Source of the DNA: a virus | Taxonomy: Duplodnaviria > Heunggongvirae > Uroviricota > Caudoviricetes | Length of the DNA stretch: 10,385 nucleotides | Reading direction: 5' to 3' (one strand) | Virus record (IMG/VR): IMGVR_UViG_2778261543_000007 | Position numbers and translations under genes: made by a program | Shown here: positions 6,098 through 10,385 of the stretch, in pieces | Layout: the number at the start of each line of letters is the position of its first letter | Numbering within the stretch: the first letter of the stretch is position 1 | The notes under the pieces: model-generated | Told to the model about the DNA's origin: nothing | Seen by the model: only the letters and a program-made list of their open reading frames with translations | The model's database searches: none

Positions 6098-7120
6098 ATG
6101 TCTATCAATGCACTTAAGGCAGCGGCTACCGGTAACCAAGTTGCACATCATAATGAGAAACCAACAACTCTGGCCGGACTTCTGGCAGACCCAAAAATTA
6201 AAGCTCAGATGGCTTTGGCACTTCCAAAGCACATGACAGCAGACCGTCTGGCGCGCATAGCAACCACAGAGATCCGAAAGGTTCCAAAACTTGCATCATG
6301 CGACCAAGCCAGCTTCCTGGGGGCAATTATGCAATGTGCCCAATTGGGTCTTGAACCAGGCGGAGCTCTTGGACACGCTTACCTGATACCGTTCGACAAA
6401 CGCCAGAAAGTAAATGGAAGATGGGAAACCGTATCTACAGAAGCACAGCTGATTATCGGCTATCGCGGAATGATTGACCTTGCCCGCCGCTCTGGGCAGA
6501 TCCTGAGTATCTCGGCTCGTACCGTACATACAAACGACAAATTCAGCTACTCATACGGCCTGGAAGAAACGCTCGAGCATTTACCTTGCGAAACAGGTGA
6601 CCGAGGAGAATTAACGCACGTTTACGCCGTTGCACGACTGAAAGATGGCGGAGTCCAATTTGAAGTTATGAGCCGGGCAGACATTGAGAAAGTTCGTGCA
6701 CTGAGCAAAGCCGGTAGCAGTGGCCCATGGGTTGATCACTTCGATGAGATGGCTAAAAAAACAGTAATTCGCCGACTATTCAAATATCTTCCTGTTTCTA
6801 TTGAAATGCAGAAGGCTGTTGTTATGGATGAGCGCGCTGAAGCTGGACTTAGCCAAGATAACGCAGCTGTTATCACTGGTGAATATTCCGTAGTTGACGA
6901 TGAGCGTCAACACCTGTCGCCAATTTCAGATTCAGAACGAGAAGAAGCTCGAGAATATATCATCGCGATACTTAATAGCCTGGATCCATCTGCTGAAGAT
7001 GCAAAAACGATGTTCAAGCGCGCTGAAAATGAGATTAACACCATGGCTGAAAAGCTCGGTGATGAATATCACCAAAAATTCATGATGACGCTTAACGATA
7101 TGCGTCCAGAATTCGAGTAA
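6098..7120 (+). CDS. recT: RecT-family single-strand annealing recombinase
   Basis: Strong SD TAAGGAG 6 nt before the ATG. RecT-like central region ...LIIGYRGMIDLARRSGQI...; paired with the upstream exonuclease. Confidence 0.8.
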   Translation: MSINALKAAATGNQVAHHNEKPTTLAGLLADPKIKAQMALALPKHMTADRLARIATTEIRKVPKLASCDQASFLGAIMQCAQLGLEPGGALGHAYLIPFDKRQKVNGRWETVSTEAQLIIGYRGMIDLARRSGQILSISARTVHTNDKFSYSYGLEETLEHLPCETGDRGELTHVYAVARLKDGGVQFEVMSRADIEKVRALSKAGSSGPWVDHFDEMAKKTVIRRLFKYLPVSIEMQKAVVMDERAEAGLSQDNAAVITGEYSVVDDERQHLSPISDSEREEAREYIIAILNSLDPSAEDAKTMFKRAENEINTMAEKLGDEYHQKFMMTLNDMRPEFE

Positions 7121-7128
7121 CCACCACC

Positions 7129-7147
7129 GCGGCGCCACACGCGCCGC
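7129..7147 (+). other. GC-rich hairpin between recT and the alpA-like gene
   Basis: Perfect 7-bp stem GCGGCGC / GCGCCGC with loop CACAC. No T-tract follows, so it is not a canonical intrinsic terminator. Confidence 0.3.
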
Positions 7148-7169
7148 ACTGCAACCAAGAGAGGTATTC

Positions 7170-7418
7170 ATGAAAGGTGCATTAGGTAAGAAAGAACTCC
7201 TGGCGGTGGTGCCACTGTCATGGAGCACTATCGACCGTATGGAGCGCGCAGGGGAATTTCCTAAACGCTGGTATATCACCGATAAACGCTGCGCATGGAA
7301 CCGTGATGAAGTTGAGCGTTGGCTTGATGAACGTCAGGCAGCAAGCCCGGCAGAGTTCCAGGGTAAAAAGCCTCCTGTTCAGCAACGTGTATATCGTCCC
7401 GTGAGCAACGCTGCATGA
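7170..7418 (+). CDS. AlpA-family phage transcriptional regulator / excisionase-like HTH protein
   Basis: 82 aa. ...LSWSTIDRMERAGEFPKRW...WNRDEVERWL... matches the AlpA/Xis-like pattern. SD GAGAGG before the ATG. Confidence 0.7.
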   Translation: MKGALGKKELLAVVPLSWSTIDRMERAGEFPKRWYITDKRCAWNRDEVERWLDERQAASPAEFQGKKPPVQQRVYRPVSNAA

Positions 7419-7443
7419 GTGCGCTGCTAAGGCACTGGAGCAA

Positions 7444-7527
7444 ATGGTCAGGATGGTACTTATTCCTGGCCTCTGTTTCAGCATGGCTTTATCTGCTGGC
7501 ATTAATTTTCAGAGAGGGTTGGATTAA
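7444..7527 (+). CDS. Possible small hydrophobic peptide (27 aa)
   Basis: ATG 7444 with GGAG 3 nt upstream (short spacing). Translation MVRMVLIPGLCFSMALSAGINFQRGLD. Its stop TAA (7525-7527) directly abuts the GTG at 7528. Speculative. Confidence 0.2.
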   Translation: MVRMVLIPGLCFSMALSAGINFQRGLD

Positions 7528-7827
7528 GTGAGAAAGTTAAGCCGACTTGAAAAATATCACATGAATAAGGTTTCAATGCGCAGTCCGTCAAAGATTGTCG
7601 CCGTTACTCCTGCGGCGATAGATATCGAAAAACGCGCGATTGAAAGAGAGAAAAAAGGGCAATTCCGCATTGCCGCTCACCTTTGGCTTCAGTGTATGGA
7701 TGTTGCTTCTGGTGATGTTGAACGTGCAAGGATCGCGGTTCGCAGGGACCAATGTATCACAAAAGGTAACGGCCTTCGCCGTGGCGACTATAGCGGCATA
7801 GGATGTTGTGGGGTGGTTTATGACTAA
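7528..7827 (+). CDS. Hypothetical protein (up to 99 aa; start uncertain, GTG 7528 or ATG 7561)
   Basis: ORF ends 5 nt after the methyltransferase ATG, i.e. overlaps it. No motif recognised. Confidence 0.45.
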   Translation: MRKLSRLEKYHMNKVSMRSPSKIVAVTPAAIDIEKRAIEREKKGQFRIAAHLWLQCMDVASGDVERARIAVRRDQCITKGNGLRRGDYSGIGCCGVVYD

Positions 7828-8470
7828 GAAATACACACTAATCTATGCAGATCCACCCTGGGTATACCGGGACAAAGCCGCAGATGGTAATCGCGGTGCC
7901 GGTTTTAAATATCCGGTTATGAGTGTGCTGGATATCTGCCGCCTTCCTGTGTGGGATTTGGCCGATGAAAACTGTCTGTTGGCCATGTGGTGGGTGCCAA
8001 CACAACCACTCGAAGCACTAAAAGTTGTTGAAGCCTGGGGATTCCGTCTGATGACGATGAAGGGCTTCACGTGGATAAAATGTGGTAGTCGACAACCAGA
8101 TAAACTGGTTATGGGTATGGGACACATGACTCGCGCCAATAGTGAAGATTGCCTGTTTGCGGTAAAGGGAAAACTACCTACGCGCATTAATGCAGGGATC
8201 GTTCAGTCATTTACCGCACCGCGGCTTGAGCATTCAAGAAAGCCAGATGTCGTTCGTGAAAAACTTGTGCAATTGTTAGGCGATGTTTCTCGCATTGAAC
8301 TGTTCGCCCGCCAGACGTCTCATGGCTTCGATGTTTGGGGTAATCAGTGCGAAGACCCGGCAGTGCAACTACACCCTGGATACGCGTTGGATATCGGCGG
8401 ATTAACAAATGCATTCAGCAATGCTCCGCTGTCACCAACAGACAACCAGGGGCGGGAGCGTGCAGCATGA
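7820..8470 (+). CDS. MT-A70-family N6-adenine DNA methyltransferase (orphan, no cognate nuclease seen)
   Basis: Translation from ATG 7820 gives ...[14 protein letters not shown]..., the DPPW catalytic motif. GGGGTGG precedes the ATG. Stop overlaps the phosphatase start (ATGA). Confidence 0.75.
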   Translation: MTKKYTLIYADPPWVYRDKAADGNRGAGFKYPVMSVLDICRLPVWDLADENCLLAMWWVPTQPLEALKVVEAWGFRLMTMKGFTWIKCGSRQPDKLVMGMGHMTRANSEDCLFAVKGKLPTRINAGIVQSFTAPRLEHSRKPDVVREKLVQLLGDVSRIELFARQTSHGFDVWGNQCEDPAVQLHPGYALDIGGLTNAFSNAPLSPTDNQGRERAA

Positions 8471-9126
8471 ACCTATATCAACGCATCAATGGCGCTGACT
8501 GGTGCAATATCTTCGTCGTCGGCGATCTGCATGGGTGCTACACGCTGCTGATGAACGAACTCGACAAAGTTTCATTCGACCCGGCGCGCGATTTGCTTAT
8601 TTCCGTTGGTGACCTTGTTGACCGCGGCGCTGAAAACGTCGAATGCCTGGATTTGATTACTATGCCGTGGTTCCGAGCTGTTCGTGGCAACCATGAGCAG
8701 ATGATGCTGGATGCACTGGTCAACGGCGGAAGTTTCGGACATTGGATGTCAAACGGCGGTGGATGGTGGCACCAACTTGATTCTGAGCAGGATGTGCAAC
8801 TCAAATACCTTCTGCCAAAGGTTACCAACCTCCCGATGATTATCGAACTGGTTACCGGCAATAAGAAGGTCGTCATCTGCCACGCAGACTACCCGCACAA
8901 CGAATACGCATTCGATAAGCCAGTACCGGAAGAAATGGTGATATGGAATCGTGAGCGGGTTAGCGACGCGCAGGACGGTATTGTCTCGGAGATAACCGGT
9001 GCCGATTTGTTCATCTTCGGTCATACGCCAGCACATCACCCACTGGTGTATGCAAACCAAATGTACATCGACACCGGCGCAGTGTTCTGCGGAAATCTGA
9101 CGCTTACCAAAGTCCAGGAAGGATAG
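8467..9126 (+). CDS. Serine/threonine protein phosphatase (lambda PPase / PrpA-like metallophosphatase)
   Basis: Metallophosphatase motifs GDLHG, GDLVDRG and GNHE in order. Start taken at ATG 8467, coupled to the upstream gene, rather than the ORF-track start at 8347. Confidence 0.8.
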   Translation: MNLYQRINGADWCNIFVVGDLHGCYTLLMNELDKVSFDPARDLLISVGDLVDRGAENVECLDLITMPWFRAVRGNHEQMMLDALVNGGSFGHWMSNGGGWWHQLDSEQDVQLKYLLPKVTNLPMIIELVTGNKKVVICHADYPHNEYAFDKPVPEEMVIWNRERVSDAQDGIVSEITGADLFIFGHTPAHHPLVYANQMYIDTGAVFCGNLTLTKVQEG

Positions 9127-9128
9127 AA

Positions 9129-10385
9129 TTATTTATTACTGTCTTCCATCCACTTCTCAAACTTCGACGGGGAGAACGGAATCAGATCCGTATGCTCCCC
9201 GTCAATCCAGGAATCAATCATATCTGCCCACTGCTGCAACATGTAGGCGCGCTGTCTGGCGTATTCCGCTTTGTTATATACGGCGCGCACACCTTTCTGC
9301 TCATGTGCCAGAGCCTTTTCAATCCAGTCTGAAGGATAACCAGCCTCATGCAATAACGTACTGGCTGTACGGCGCATATCATGTACGGTGAAGTCCTGAA
9401 TATGCTCACCATCTTCATTTATTATTTTCACCGTTCTGTCGATCAGAGAGTTCAGCGCGGCATTAGATAATGGCTTCCGGAAGTTGTAACGACCAGGAAC
9501 CAGATATTCACTTCCACCAGCGCACATCTGCAACCCGACCAATATATCCTGTGCCTGTTTAGGCAGGTAAATAACATGCGCCCGGCTTCCCTTCATGCGG
9601 TCTGAAGGAATTGTCCATGTCCATTTTTTAAAATCTATTTCGTCCCACGTTGCATTGGTGAATTCGCCTTTACGAACCATAGTGATAAGCACCAGCTTTA
9701 AAGCCATTTTCATAGTGCCCATAGCACCAATGGCATCCAGCGTGCGGAAGAACAGGCCAATTTCTTCTGGTGTCAGTGTTCGCTCTCGTGGTTTAAATAT
9801 GGCGATAGACGAAGGTTTAATGTCAGCCGCAGGATTAAACAAACCATGACCACGGTCATTGGCGTGACGGTATACGCTGCTGATGATCTCCCTGGCCTGT
9901 ACTGCTGTTGCCCGGCCACCGCGTTCGACAATCCGGTCACACAAATCACGAACCATCGATGTGGTAATTTCAGCCATCATTTTGTTGCCAAGAACCGGAA
10001 GTATGTCACGGTCGATCACTGCCTGCTTCATTGCGCGGGTACTTTCAGCCAGGATGACGTGTTTCATATAACTGTCGGTATGTACCGCAAACGTCTCGGC
10101 ACCACGAATCTTTTTGATACCGTCACGTTTAGCCGCAGCCGGTGACTGGCCTGCTTTAAGCAGCTTCTTTGCAGCAATCAGTTCTTCTCGCGCTTCTGCC
10201 AGGCTGATACCGTCACGCCCATACTGCCCGATTACCAGTGTTTCGCGGCGACCGTTGATACGGTAGTCATAGCGAAACGAGACCGTACCTGACGTAAGCA
10301 CAGCTACATACAGCCCGTCACGATCGGAAACTTTGTACAGTTTGTCCTGTGGCTTGAGGTTCTTTAATTTTGTATCGGTAAGCAC
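9129..10385 (-). CDS. int: Tyrosine recombinase / phage integrase; N-terminus at or just beyond the window edge
   Basis: N-terminal LTDTKLKNLKPQDKLYKVSDRDGLYV... resembles the P4-type integrase arm-binding domain. C-terminal catalytic region has HDMRRT and ...RAVYNKAEY. Stop TAA at 9131..9129, only 2 bp from the phosphatase stop. Confidence 0.85.
   Translation of the reverse strand: MLTDTKLKNLKPQDKLYKVSDRDGLYVAVLTSGTVSFRYDYRINGRRETLVIGQYGRDGISLAEAREELIAAKKLLKAGQSPAAAKRDGIKKIRGAETFAVHTDSYMKHVILAESTRAMKQAVIDRDILPVLGNKMMAEITTSMVRDLCDRIVERGGRATAVQAREIISSVYRHANDRGHGLFNPAADIKPSSIAIFKPRERTLTPEEIGLFFRTLDAIGAMGTMKMALKLVLITMVRKGEFTNATWDEIDFKKWTWTIPSDRMKGSRAHVIYLPKQAQDILVGLQMCAGGSEYLVPGRYNFRKPLSNAALNSLIDRTVKIINEDGEHIQDFTVHDMRRTASTLLHEAGYPSDWIEKALAHEQKGVRAVYNKAEYARQRAYMLQQWADMIDSWIDGEHTDLIPFSPSKFEKWMEDSNK

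Larger units (their letters stand above)
1..10385. mobile_element. Segment of a lambdoid prophage (immunity, replication, recombination and integrase modules); both element ends lie outside the window
   Basis: Gene content and order: int, exo/recT, repressor, divergent cro-like gene, O with internal iterons, P. Compact, overlapping, translationally coupled genes typical of phage operons. Confidence 0.8.

Noticed and set aside
5162-6529. Minus-strand ORFs 5162..5443, 5665..5973, 6035..6232 and 6296..6529
   Set aside because: All are antisense to the exonuclease and recT genes, which carry clear family motifs and strong SDs.
6894-7502. ORFs 6894..7085 (+), 6932..7279 (-) and 7218..7502 (-)
   Set aside because: Alternative-frame or antisense overlaps of the recT and alpA-like genes; no independent support.
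7808-8466. Longer track starts for the methyltransferase (7808) and phosphatase (8347)
   Set aside because: The 7808 extension is a GTG inside the SD region. The 8347 extension would read 40 codons through the methyltransferase in another frame. The ATGs at 7820 and 8467 give canonical N-termini.
7588-9060. Minus-strand ORFs 7588..7836, 7843..8187, 8211..8414, 8538..8876 and 8749..9060
   Set aside because: Antisense to the hypothetical, methyltransferase and phosphatase genes, which carry diagnostic DPPW and GDxHG/GNHE motifs.
9124-9131. Attachment site adjacent to the 3' end of int
   Set aside because: Only 2 bp separate int from the phosphatase gene, so no att core can sit there. Any att site must be outside the window.
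9218-10145. ORFs 9218..9418 (-), 9595..9849 (+), 9846..10145 (+) and 9883..10071 (+) within the integrase gene
   Set aside because: Alternative-frame or antisense ORFs inside a motif-supported integrase coding sequence.

Overview
This window reads as the early/immunity region of a mosaic lambdoid prophage, probably enterobacterial, with two operons diverging from an immunity locus at about 3.85-4.0 kb. All protein assignments are from reading the supplied translations for motifs; no database search was run. Minus strand, leftward: Cro-like HTH protein, small Zn-ribbon protein, O-like replication initiator with iterons inside its coding sequence, lambda P-like helicase loader, a small putative PD-(D/E)xK nuclease, and two further phage proteins (one possibly Ea22-like). 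Plus strand, rightward: a two-HTH repressor with no recognisable S24 peptidase domain, an intrinsic terminator, two small unknown ORFs, a YqaJ-type exonuclease and RecT pair, an AlpA-family regulator, a hypothetical protein, an MT-A70 adenine methyltransferase coupled to a Ser/Thr phosphatase, then a convergent tyrosine integrase running off the window edge. The most striking signal is a 15-bp palindrome, TTACC-N5-GGTAA, present as five perfect and three variant copies, all in intergenic regions. These copies define three operator clusters, two of which are clearly homologous promoter modules with identical 62-bp site spacing. One of those modules lies downstream of the P gene, where lambda has no operator. 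No tRNA, rRNA, CRISPR array, transposase or att site was recognised.
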